NCBI GenBank assembly: GCA_963706595.1
Contig: OY970166.1
Location: 2,496,001-2,560,000, forward strand
DNA: 64,000 nucleotides
Direction: 5' to 3'
Source of the DNA: an uncultured cyanobacterium
Lineage (GTDB): Bacteria; Cyanobacteriota; Cyanobacteriia; Cyanobacteriales; Nostocaceae
The notes under the pieces were generated by a model. The model ran no database searches, was not told the origin of the DNA, and saw only the letters and a program-made list of their open reading frames with translations. The position numbers and the translations under genes are program-made. This document shows, in pieces, positions 27,003 to 36,070 of this stretch (the first letter of the stretch is position 1; each line of letters opens with the position of its first letter).

Positions 27003-27578
27003 CTAGTTTAAAATTTGTTCTAAATCCAGCACAAAACCAGAAAGCACATCCTCTCCAGACAAACTGCTGGGAGCTTGTAAAACCTCGACTGCTTGTCCTG
27101 GGCGGTAAATTTCCACCCGTTGGTTCTGAGGGTCAATTAGCCAACCCAGGCGCACGCCATTGTCAATGTACTCCTGCATTTTGTGTTGTAAAGTTTGCAA
27201 GCTGTCTGAAGCAGACCGTAATTCTACGGCAAAATCAGGAGCCATTGGTAAGAATCTCGCAGGATTTGGATTTAGGGATTCTAATCGTTCCCGACTCACC
27301 CAGGATGCATCAGGAGAACGGTTTGCACCATTGGGAAGTTTGTAACCTGTTGAGGAGTCAAAAGCTAAACCTGTACCATCAGCATCAGCCCAATTACCTA
27401 AACGTTGTGTCAGTCTACTATTACGATTTCCGCTTTTCCATCCCGTGGGGGGCATAAGAATCAGTTCTCCCTCTGCTGTGCGCTCAATTCGCAAATCTCG
27501 ATTATTCTGACACAGTTGGAAGAACTGCTCATCTGTTAAATCAATGGCGGGGCTGAGGTTAAGAATTAGGGCAGTCAT
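27003..27578 (-). CDS. Uma2 family putative endonuclease
   Basis: ERTAEGELILMPP, RSPDASW, PDFAVELRS, RLGWLIDP. Confidence 0.93.
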   Translation of the reverse strand: MTALILNLSPAIDLTDEQFFQLCQNNRDLRIERTAEGELILMPPTGWKSGNRNSRLTQRLGNWADADGTGLAFDSSTGYKLPNGANRSPDASWVSRERLESLNPNPARFLPMAPDFAVELRSASDSLQTLQHKMQEYIDNGVRLGWLIDPQNQRVEIYRPGQAVEVLQAPSSLSGEDVLSGFVLDLEQILN

Positions 27579-27614
27579 AATTGCCTATTAATCTTGATAA
27601 ATGTAGCCTAGCAT

Positions 27615-28568
27615 TTACCAGTCACGGTAGAGCTTTTCGGCATAAAACATAATCTCTTCATTTGGTAGTCTAATTTTTGGTTTTTGTCGGGGGTAAAGAC
27701 TTTCAATAGCACTGGTATCTTGTTCAACAACTGTAGAAACTGCTCGTAAGAATGAATTTTTTAGCAGTAACTTTGACAAAGGATTTATTCCCTGAGCATA
27801 TACCAACACAAATGTTTTGGTGATTGTTTCTGTTTCCGGGTAAAGAATATGAACTTGAGCAATATTACTAATAGGTGTTTTAGCTAAGAAAACTGTAGTC
27901 GAAGGAAATGCGTATTCCAGTATATTATTTAATGCCTTGGGGAAGATTGCCAGAACTGGGTTTTTAATAATTTCTCCAAGGGTGTTGTTAGCTCTGCTAA
28001 TTTCTTGCTCTACTTTAGCGTAGTAACCATTTTCCTCGAAAGAACTAACATTACAGGATGTGATTTTAAATAATTGTTTATGAGTGCCATTCTGATGGTT
28101 ATAGTCATAGTTCACCATCAAGCTACTCAAAAAGTCTCCCTGAATATTTGTTTCTCCAGCCACTCCCATAAATTCGTATGTATCGGCAATTTTTTGATGT
28201 AAATCTGGAATAGGTAATCTTGGTTCCAGTCCTGCATAAGTCCAGATACAATCATTGCTCAGAATTAGCTCTAACGGCTTGGCAATTGGCTGAGTGTCTT
28301 TTTTGTCTCTTTGAGATAGTTTGCCTTTATGATCAAATTCTAAAGCATGAAACGGACAAGTGATAGTATTTCTTTCTTCACAAATCCAGCCATCTGATAA
28401 AGGTGCTTGCATGTGTGGGCAAATATTTTCTAGGGCATATACTTCACCTTTTCGGTTTTGCCAAAGAACATAATCATTACTATTTAAAGTAATTTTATGC
28501 GGTTGATTTATTCCCAACATTGATTTATGGGCAATCAACCAAGGTGCGCCCGGTAAAATTGGTTTCAT
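27615..28568 (-). CDS. Rieske non-heme iron oxygenase
   Basis: CPH...CPFH Rieske motif; DYNHQNGTH mononuclear iron motif; EQD. Confidence 0.9.
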   Translation of the reverse strand: MKPILPGAPWLIAHKSMLGINQPHKITLNSNDYVLWQNRKGEVYALENICPHMQAPLSDGWICEERNTITCPFHALEFDHKGKLSQRDKKDTQPIAKPLELILSNDCIWTYAGLEPRLPIPDLHQKIADTYEFMGVAGETNIQGDFLSSLMVNYDYNHQNGTHKQLFKITSCNVSSFEENGYYAKVEQEISRANNTLGEIIKNPVLAIFPKALNNILEYAFPSTTVFLAKTPISNIAQVHILYPETETITKTFVLVYAQGINPLSKLLLKNSFLRAVSTVVEQDTSAIESLYPRQKPKIRLPNEEIMFYAEKLYRDW

Positions 28569-28605
28569 TAAACCTCACAAATCATTACAAATATGTTGCG
28601 ATTTA

Positions 28606-28682
28606 CTAACTAATTTTTTAGTTAGCAATTAATTTAATACATTTCCTGACTTCTGTCAATTATTAACCAAATTTTTAGTTAA
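28606..28682. promoter_or_regulatory. Two palindromic operators, probably bound by the adjacent TetR
   Basis: CTAACTAATTTTTTAGTTAG (28606-28625) and TTAACCAAATTTTTAGTTAA (28663-28682) between divergent genes. Confidence 0.7.
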
Positions 28683-28712
28683 GATATCAGTCGTGAGTAT
28701 GATGGTAAGCAC

Positions 28713-29369
28713 GTGAGTCGTTCAACGCAATCAAAACTTTCGTCTAAAAAACCGCGTCAGGTACGTGATGCAGAGGCGACAAAAAAGCAGATTCTTGATG
28801 CAGCAGAAGCAGAGTTCGCCAGAAATGGGCTGAGTGGGGCGCGTACAGAGGCGATCGCAAAAGGTGCAGGAGTCACCACAGCGATGATTTACTACTACTT
28901 CCAGAACAAGGAAGGGTTATATAAGGAGGTTTTGCAACGTCCGATGGTGGAAATCTCTGAAGGGGTTCAACAGCTAAATTTAGATGAGTATCCAGCAGAT
29001 GCAGCCTTAAAAATGTTAATTAAACAGGTGATTGCTTATGAAGCGGTACATCCACAACGAGGGATGCTGTGGTTTCAAGAAGCGAACCAAAATCAAGGCA
29101 AATATTTTAAGTTGGGGAATTGGCAAGAAAATTTCGGGTACGTAATCAAAATTTTAGAACGGGGAATGGCTGAGGGTTGTTTCCGTCAGCTTGATACTTT
29201 TCTCGTCACTCTCCAAATTGCGGGAATTTGTAATTTTTATTTCAACGCCCACGAAAACCTCAAACACATTAGACCAGATTTGCAACTACTGACTCCAGAA
29301 ATGATTGCGCGGTACTCTGAAGAAGCGGTTAATTTGATTTTAGCTGGTGTGCGAAAGGGTGGGGAGTAG
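28713..29369 (+). CDS. TetR/AcrR family transcriptional regulator
   Basis: ILDAAEAEFARNGLSGARTEAIAKGAGVTTAMIYYYFQNKEGLY helix-turn-helix. Confidence 0.95.
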   Translation: MSRSTQSKLSSKKPRQVRDAEATKKQILDAAEAEFARNGLSGARTEAIAKGAGVTTAMIYYYFQNKEGLYKEVLQRPMVEISEGVQQLNLDEYPADAALKMLIKQVIAYEAVHPQRGMLWFQEANQNQGKYFKLGNWQENFGYVIKILERGMAEGCFRQLDTFLVTLQIAGICNFYFNAHENLKHIRPDLQLLTPEMIARYSEEAVNLILAGVRKGGE

Positions 29370-29371
29370 AA

Positions 29372-29475
29372 GAAGCAGGGAGCAGGGGAGCAAGGGGGAA
29401 GAAGCAGGGGAGCAGGGGGGAGTTAAAAATTACTTTAAACTTCCGGTTACTTAACAACCGTTCCTCTTCTCCCCC
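29372..29475. repeat. STRR-flanked dispersed repeat, copy 1
   Basis: AGCAGGG units plus core TTTAAACTTCCGGTTACTTAACAACC, shared with 39168-39223. Confidence 0.7.
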
Positions 29476-29508
29476 AGTCCCCAGCTATAACAGTGCCTGC
29501 TTTTTACT

Positions 29509-30072
29509 CTAGTTGATAACTTTCTTGATACCATCGAGAAAAACTTGAAAACTACGAGATTTGTTTTCAGTCAAGGATAAATAGGGCGCGATCATTCTAG
29601 AATGAGTGCCGGGATAATATTCTGAAACTAACTTTCTGAGTTCTTCTTTCGCGGAGTTGAGTCTATCGGGGTTACGAAACTTGGTTTGATTTTGTTTTTG
29701 ACTCAAACTTTCGGGTTTTAGTCCATAGGCTGTTTCGACTGCGACTAAATCACCCAAAAACCAAGATTCTAGTTCATGACATACTATTCGGATCAGTATG
29801 TTTTTGTTTCCTGCATTTTGACAAATTTCTAAAAGTTCTGATTTGAGTTTTGTACAGTCATGGGAGTCTTGATCGTGAACAATAACAAATTTTGTGGCAG
29901 GGTTAAATTGAAAGGCTCTAATTTTCTTTGGTATAGATTTAGCTAAGTCCTGTTTACCTTGGTGAGGAATCAATCGATAAGAAATTTCATCAGGAATTAT
30001 TTTGGGTAAGATTTCTTTTAAAACATTTTCTATAGAAGGTTCTTCTAATAAAAAGATAATATCGTAACTCAT
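29509..30072 (-). CDS. DUF4276 family (TOPRIM-like) protein
   Basis: FLLEEPS, HQGKQDL, VHDQDS, CHELESWFLGD, NKSRSF. Confidence 0.8.
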   Translation of the reverse strand: MSYDIIFLLEEPSIENVLKEILPKIIPDEISYRLIPHQGKQDLAKSIPKKIRAFQFNPATKFVIVHDQDSHDCTKLKSELLEICQNAGNKNILIRIVCHELESWFLGDLVAVETAYGLKPESLSQKQNQTKFRNPDRLNSAKEELRKLVSEYYPGTHSRMIAPYLSLTENKSRSFQVFLDGIKKVIN

Positions 30073-31256
30073 TAGGGAGCAACTCCTTCAAACCAGCCTT
30101 GATTCCAGAGATATCCGGGTAAATCTCCTGCTTTCACTAAGTTTTTCAGGGTTTCATTATCGCTGGCTCGGAAAATTTTTGTAGTCCCTTGTTCTTTTGT
30201 CAGCCAGAAAATACTGTCTAGGGGAACAGCATTCAAAAAGTCGGGGGAGTGAGTAGAAACAAAGACTTGTCCGCCTCTATGGGCATAACTGGCAAATTCT
30301 TCAGCAAGTTCGTGAAGCAAACTAGGATAAAGTTGGTTTTCGGGTTCTTCGACGCATAGTAAAGGATGGGGTTTAGGATCGAAGAGCAGAATTAAATAGG
30401 CAAACATTTTCATTGTGCCATCAGAAACATAGCGATCTATAAAGGGGTCTTTAAAAGCTTGGTCTTGAAACTTGAGGATTAATCTGCCGTCTTCTGTTTC
30501 TTTTGCTTCTACTTTGGAAATACCGGGGACTCTTTCCTGCATTTTTGTGAGGATGGTTCGGAATATATCGGGATGGTTTTGATAAATATATTGGGCAACG
30601 ACTGCCATATTATCGCCTGTGGGGGAGAGATGTTCGGCATAGAGTGCGTCTTTGCTGCCTCTGGCATCGCTGATATGGAAGTCGGAAACGTGCCAATTTT
30701 CAATTAGTGAACGGAAGGCGCTGGCGGCTTTGAAACGTTGAAACTGCCCCAGTCCTTTAATTGCTAAAATATCATTGGATTCGAGTTGTTGTTCTTCCCG
30801 TTCTAGTTCTTCGTCGGTCTGTTCAAAGTTTTCTTCATTGGTGATGGCATATCCTTTACCGTTCTGGAACTTGAGAAATTGATAGGGAGAACCGTATTCG
30901 CCGCGTTTGTACCGGAGAATTTCTCTTTTAACTAAGGGTCGTCTTTCTTCTTGTCCAACATTTAAAATATAGGTAACGAGGCGCTCTGTTTCCAGAATAT
31001 TCATGCGGAATTTTAGTTCTATTTCAATATCTTCTTGTTCTTTGCCTCTAGTGACGACTTCATTAAATCCACCTCGGATCTGAAGGGCTTGACGAATGTT
31101 ATTTTTTAGGGCATCGCGGAGAAAACCAAAAATATCGAATAGTGTAGATTTACCTGTACCATTGGCTCCGATGATCACGCAAAAGGTGGGAATTTCTGTG
31201 ATTTCTACAGATTCAAAGGCTCGATAATTTTTAATTTTTATAGAAACAATTTTCAT
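30072..31256 (-). CDS. ABC-type ATPase (AAA_21/AAA_15, AbiEii/OLD-like)
   Basis: IKNYRAF, Walker A GANGTGKST, signature VSDGT, Walker B CVEEPEN, H-loop STHS. Confidence 0.9.
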   Translation of the reverse strand: MKIVSIKIKNYRAFESVEITEIPTFCVIIGANGTGKSTLFDIFGFLRDALKNNIRQALQIRGGFNEVVTRGKEQEDIEIELKFRMNILETERLVTYILNVGQEERRPLVKREILRYKRGEYGSPYQFLKFQNGKGYAITNEENFEQTDEELEREEQQLESNDILAIKGLGQFQRFKAASAFRSLIENWHVSDFHISDARGSKDALYAEHLSPTGDNMAVVAQYIYQNHPDIFRTILTKMQERVPGISKVEAKETEDGRLILKFQDQAFKDPFIDRYVSDGTMKMFAYLILLFDPKPHPLLCVEEPENQLYPSLLHELAEEFASYAHRGGQVFVSTHSPDFLNAVPLDSIFWLTKEQGTTKIFRASDNETLKNLVKAGDLPGYLWNQGWFEGVAP

Positions 31257-31294
31257 AACTAAATCTACCTTAAAAAGAACAGTATTGATGACAA

Positions 31295-33895
31295 TTACCC
31301 ATTTTTACCTGCTTTTAATTTGGGGTAAGCGATGCGCTTGTGGTGAAATTGCTGCCAAACATCGACAAAGATTTGACTGATTTCTGACATTTCTTGTCGT
31401 GTCAGTCCTGAATCTACCATTTGATTGTCTTGCCATTTGGCACGGAGAATATTATTGAGCATGGCTAAGGCTTGTTCTGGAGTGGCATCTTTGAGCGATC
31501 GCAATGCCGCTTCGCAGGAGTCTGCTAACATGACTATGCCCGTTTCCCGTGATTGAGGAATGGGTCCTTCATAGCGAAAATCGGCATCATCTAGGATTAA
31601 GTTGGGATCTTCCTGGCACAATTCTTGTGCTTGGTGATAGAAATAGGCAATCAACATTGTTCCTTGATGCTCAGGAATAAAAGCTTGGATCGCTGTGGGT
31701 AAAAGGTGTTTTTGCGCCATTACCAACCCCTCAGTCACGTGCTTTTTGATAATTGCGGCACTTTTCCAAGGATCTTGAATCTCGGTTTCATGTTTATTCG
31801 GTCCCCCCATTTGATTTTCAATAAAGCCCAGAGGGTCGTGCATTTTGCCGATGTCATGATACAGAGTTCCAGCCCTGACTAGTTCTACATTACATCCCAG
31901 TTGTTTGGCAGCAGCTTCAGCTAAAGTAGCCACCAACAAAGTATGTTGAAAGGTTCCAGGGGTTTCAGTGGCTAATCGTTTTAATAAGGGGCGATTTGGA
32001 TTGGCTAGTTCAGCTAATCGAATCGGGGTAACTAAATCAAATACTTTTTCCAGATAAGGACTTAAGCCCAAGGCCACAATACTCCAAGCTAAACCAGATA
32101 AAGCAAATAATCCTGAGCTTTGAAGTACGAAATACCAACCGCCGCCAAATGCTGCACCTGTGAGGAGGTTCATGATCAGGTATACACCACCCTGAGTTAC
32201 AGCGATCGCTACACCTAATAATGCTAATTCTTCACGCGATCGCAATTTTTGCGCCATGCTACTACCCAATATTCCCGCCGCCCCACCAGCCAAAAGCGAA
32301 ATTATGCTGATTTCCACAGTCATGGGTAGAATTAGCAGCAGCAGTCCCACAACAGTCACACCTAAAACAGGTGCATAGAAGCTACCCAACAATAAACCAA
32401 CGGCGCTCCAAGTGGTATACGGTAAGCCCAAGGCTAGCACTCCTGGGGTACTTAGGGTCAGTAGCAGTACTAACAGGTAATCGCGCTGGCGCAATTTGCA
32501 CGACCTTTGTCTTCCAACTACAACAAAAACGCCAATAGCTACAGTCACAATGCCGGCTAATTTTGCCAATTGTAGCCAGTTATTCTCCCGGCGAATTAAT
32601 TGATAATGTTCTAGGACATCAAAGTGCCATTTAGTAATCTCCTCACCCTTGGTGACAATCAGATGTCCTTGCTGCACCTCCACCATCACAGGTGATACAC
32701 CATCTGAAGCTTGCTGTATTTGTTGTTTCGTTTGTTCTTCATCATTCTTGAGATTGGGTTGCAGCACAGCTAACAACAATTTGCTTACCAATGGTTCAGC
32801 ATTTTTTGGCACCAATTCCTGTACGTTGAGCTTCACCGCATTCTGGAGAATACTTGAGGGTAATCCTGGGGGAATTCCTTGAGCCAAAATCCTATCTGCA
32901 CTCTGGCGAATTCCTGTTTGTGCTTGGACCCATTCGTTATCTGATAATTTCAGGAGCGCAGTTTCGCTGTAAACTCTCTTAGAATTGGCTTTCTCTGGCT
33001 GTAAAAGTTGGATTTTTGCTTGGGTGTATGCTTGGCGTACTTGCGAGGTTTGGACTATAAGTGAATCTAAATTTTGCTCTGAAGTGGAGGCGCGATAAGC
33101 TTTGAGTTCCGCTACTGCTTGAGTAAACTCAGTATTTTGGGAAATATTAACGGGTTTTTCCTCTAAAGGAGACAGAAACAGAGGGAGACTACCTGAATTG
33201 AGGAGATGAGACAGTGATTGGTGTTCTGAAATCTGTGAACCCGTAGATGATGGAAATAAAGGCAGATATTGGGAAGTGGGAAGTTTTTGAGCTATGCTGC
33301 TTGGCTGTCTATTTCCCACATTAGTACTGTTTTGGCCCATTAACAAGCCTGATTTCTGTTGGCTAGTATTTTGTAAAGTTATTAGTAGCGTTTTCCATTC
33401 CGAGGCAGAACAAGAGCGAAGATAATGCTGGGTAGGAATAGATAAAACTGATGTATCAAAAAAAGGAAAAATTCCGGCAGTGGTGCGAATTTTACTTCCT
33501 TCATCCAGAAGTTGCTGTAAATTTTTGTTGATTCTTTCGGTTCTTTGGACATCGACCATCAACACTGGGATGGAACTTCTACTAGCGGCTTGGCGTTGGG
33601 CTTCTGTTTCTTCTTTATCCTCAATGCTAGCAGTATAGGGTGCTTTCATCGTTTCGGGTGCAGGAGTACCAACTGCCAACTGGGGTTGATTGTATAGTTT
33701 ATGCCCCATAACCCCTGTAAGAGATACTACAGCGATCGCTAAAACAACAGAAGAACGCTTAGAATGCACCCAGCTTAGACATACTGCATCAATTCCCCGT
33801 CGAATCCTGACCGTTTTTGCCATTGCTCTGTGTGCTATTTCTGGTTTCTGGTGTTCGCTGTGGTCAAAAAATTGAAAAAATTGCTGCTTTTTCAT
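31295..33895 (-). CDS. 7TM-HD membrane phosphohydrolase (PgpH-like)
   Basis: Extracytoplasmic domain, TM bundle, PGTFQH, YHDIGK, EHQGT, MLADSCEAA. Start at MKKQQF (33895) preferred. Confidence 0.88.
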   Translation of the reverse strand: MKKQQFFQFFDHSEHQKPEIAHRAMAKTVRIRRGIDAVCLSWVHSKRSSVVLAIAVVSLTGVMGHKLYNQPQLAVGTPAPETMKAPYTASIEDKEETEAQRQAASRSSIPVLMVDVQRTERINKNLQQLLDEGSKIRTTAGIFPFFDTSVLSIPTQHYLRSCSASEWKTLLITLQNTSQQKSGLLMGQNSTNVGNRQPSSIAQKLPTSQYLPLFPSSTGSQISEHQSLSHLLNSGSLPLFLSPLEEKPVNISQNTEFTQAVAELKAYRASTSEQNLDSLIVQTSQVRQAYTQAKIQLLQPEKANSKRVYSETALLKLSDNEWVQAQTGIRQSADRILAQGIPPGLPSSILQNAVKLNVQELVPKNAEPLVSKLLLAVLQPNLKNDEEQTKQQIQQASDGVSPVMVEVQQGHLIVTKGEEITKWHFDVLEHYQLIRRENNWLQLAKLAGIVTVAIGVFVVVGRQRSCKLRQRDYLLVLLLTLSTPGVLALGLPYTTWSAVGLLLGSFYAPVLGVTVVGLLLLILPMTVEISIISLLAGGAAGILGSSMAQKLRSREELALLGVAIAVTQGGVYLIMNLLTGAAFGGGWYFVLQSSGLFALSGLAWSIVALGLSPYLEKVFDLVTPIRLAELANPNRPLLKRLATETPGTFQHTLLVATLAEAAAKQLGCNVELVRAGTLYHDIGKMHDPLGFIENQMGGPNKHETEIQDPWKSAAIIKKHVTEGLVMAQKHLLPTAIQAFIPEHQGTMLIAYFYHQAQELCQEDPNLILDDADFRYEGPIPQSRETGIVMLADSCEAALRSLKDATPEQALAMLNNILRAKWQDNQMVDSGLTRQEMSEISQIFVDVWQQFHHKRIAYPKLKAGKNG

Positions 33896-34120
33896 ATTAT
33901 CTGGAGCCGCCTTACTTTGATCACTCAAAACAAGACAATCTTCAAAATAGTCCCAGTTGTACTGGACGCGATGAGAACATCGGTGATGGGATCTGGTTGC
34001 AGGCGATCGCACACAATAGCTACCTACAGACTAAGGTTATACTTGAAGAGTAGAATACTACTAAATTTTCGATTTATGATCTGGTATTTTGTGCCTACAC
34101 CTTGAACAGTGACTGTAACA

Positions 34121-35083
34121 TTAACGCGACTGGATAATGCGAGGAGATGCAAAGACGCAAAGTTGAGCCTGTTCTTCATATCTGACAAATCCCTCCTCTG
34201 AATACTCCTTTAAATTTAAGGCGGGATCATACACTCCTGACCATACAGCAACCAGTGCGTCAGCTAATTCTAACACCTGGGAAAAATTTGTTAGTTCCCA
34301 ATTGGCTAAATTAGTGGGACATAACAAAACCCGCCATTTTACGGGAATACCCGCAATACTGTTGTAAGCTCCTGATAAAGCCCCTGTAATTGTGGTAATG
34401 GTTTGGGAATCTAAATTTCCAGTTTCTTCTCGCCAAATATTCTCCTGGTGAGTAGCCCGTAAAACCGCTAGACGTAGGTCTTCCAAGGTGCTGAGAAAGC
34501 AGTAAAATGCCATAGCAATCAGATTACTCGGCTCTTCTTGTCTGCTGAATTCCGCTTGTGCCGATTCTAACCCAACTCCTTGAGCTAATAAATCATTAAG
34601 TTTTAGTAACTTTTTTGGTAAAAGTGTCGATGTTTCTCCAATAAAGGCGATGATTTCCGGTATCAGGGTTAGAGGATCAAGCTTTTCCGTGAAACATTGA
34701 GCGATCGCATATCCTACGGCTAGTGTGCCATCCCTGACAATTGGATCATCTTCCCATATTGGCAACAGATGCAGCAGGTTTTGTCGCAGGTTGGCCGGAT
34801 TTTCATGAAAAAAAAGTGCCACTGGTAATGTGGCAATCATAGCTTTTGGTAAAACACCATCAGTTATATCTAAATGAGGAGATTTTGTTTGATGACGCTT
34901 TAGCCAATTATCTATATCTAATTTGCCTAACTCGATTAAGCTTTGAGCGCTCAGAACTGCTATGGTGCTGACATCAGAGGCCAAAAAATCCGGCTCTTTA
35001 GCATCTTTGGCTAAAACTTCACCCAGTAATGCCCCTAATAAAGTACCTTTAAAGCGATTAATTAGTGGATAGCGCATATTCAC
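34121..35083 (-). CDS. ADP-ribosylglycohydrolase-fold protein (degenerate motifs)
   Basis: RFKGTLLGALLGE and ITGALSGAY...IP..W. Confidence 0.75.
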   Translation of the reverse strand: MNMRYPLINRFKGTLLGALLGEVLAKDAKEPDFLASDVSTIAVLSAQSLIELGKLDIDNWLKRHQTKSPHLDITDGVLPKAMIATLPVALFFHENPANLRQNLLHLLPIWEDDPIVRDGTLAVGYAIAQCFTEKLDPLTLIPEIIAFIGETSTLLPKKLLKLNDLLAQGVGLESAQAEFSRQEEPSNLIAMAFYCFLSTLEDLRLAVLRATHQENIWREETGNLDSQTITTITGALSGAYNSIAGIPVKWRVLLCPTNLANWELTNFSQVLELADALVAVWSGVYDPALNLKEYSEEGFVRYEEQAQLCVFASPRIIQSR

Positions 35084-35100
35084 AAAAAATAAATCTTAAC

Positions 35101-35559
35101 TTATTTATTTTGTAAATGATGCACTAGAGCCTGTAAGCCCAGCAAGTAACTTTGCACACCAAAACCACTTATTTGGCCGATGGCGACGGGAGCGATAAAA
35201 GAATGGTGGCGGAAGTCTTCCCGGCGATAAATATTGCTCAGATGAACTTCAACTGTAGGTAGGTTAACACCAGCGATCGCGTCCCGTAAAGCCACACTAG
35301 TATGGGTGTAAGCCCCGGCATTAATCAAAATTCCCTGATGTTTTCCTAAAGCCCCATGAATAGTATCTACCAAAACCCCCTCATGATTTGACTGCACAGG
35401 AATTACCTTCGCCTGAAACTTCAAAGCTTCTTCTTTTAACAAGCGATTAATTTCAGCCAGCCCCAAGGAACCATAAATTCCTGGTTCTCGCTGTCCTAGT
35501 AAATTTAGATTTGGCCCGTGCAGCACTAAAATGCTGATCAATGGTGAAGATGAGTTCAA
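35101..35559 (-). CDS. aroQ: Type II 3-dehydroquinate dehydratase
   Basis: [34 protein letters not shown]. Confidence 0.97.
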   Translation of the reverse strand: MNSSSPLISILVLHGPNLNLLGQREPGIYGSLGLAEINRLLKEEALKFQAKVIPVQSNHEGVLVDTIHGALGKHQGILINAGAYTHTSVALRDAIAGVNLPTVEVHLSNIYRREDFRHHSFIAPVAIGQISGFGVQSYLLGLQALVHHLQNK

Positions 35560-35573
35560 TTTCTTTGGGCTGC

Positions 35574-35711
35574 TTAACGGCGACGTGTGCGCTCATGTAC
35601 AGGAATCGGAATTAGTTCCGGTTCCGGCTCGCATTCTGGCCCTAATAAGCCATCAATCAGCTTGCGTGCCAACGCCTTCAATTTTTCTAGCACTTTATCT
35701 ATATAGTCCAT
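35574..35711 (-). CDS. atpT: 45-aa small protein, likely AtpTheta/Norf1 ATP synthase inhibitor family
   Basis: [52 protein letters not shown] upstream; amphipathic helix plus [11 protein letters not shown] motif. Below the ORF-track length cutoff. Confidence 0.6.
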   Translation of the reverse strand: MDYIDKVLEKLKALARKLIDGLLGPECEPEPELIPIPVHERTRRR

Positions 35712-35784
35712 TGAACTTATCGCTCCTGAGATACTACCTCAATATTTTGACTAACAGCTACGCAGAACTCGCGTACTTTTGCAC

Positions 35785-35897
35785 CTGCTATATAAAAACT
35801 AGACAAAACTAGACTTTATTTCTGACTTCATCGGGAGCATGGGAGCAGCTATCCCTCAGTAAGCTTTGACGCTGTAGCCCAACGCGATCAATTAATT
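35785..35897 (-). mobile_element. Orphan IS607/TnpB right end (omegaRNA-like scaffold)
   Basis: About 82% identical by manual alignment over 84 nt to 53209-53292; ends TTTATATAGCAG; no tnpA or tnpB ORF nearby. Confidence 0.75.
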
Positions 35898-36070
35898 CTG
35901 GAAGTGAGCTACCTCTAGAATTGAGAGTTGTGATTCACCCTACTTTTTAGATTATCACATTACAAACCTACATAATGGCATTTCACTAATGATGGATGTT
36001 CCCCATTGAGAGCCAAAAGTCCAGAGTTAGTAAGTTTTCACCACTACGGACTTTTGATTCTTGACCCTAA

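Noticed and set aside
27003..27578. Uma2 nuclease as a defence system or partner of the methyltransferase
   Set aside because: It belongs to a highly expanded cyanobacterial family and is 33 kb from the MTase, with no linkage.
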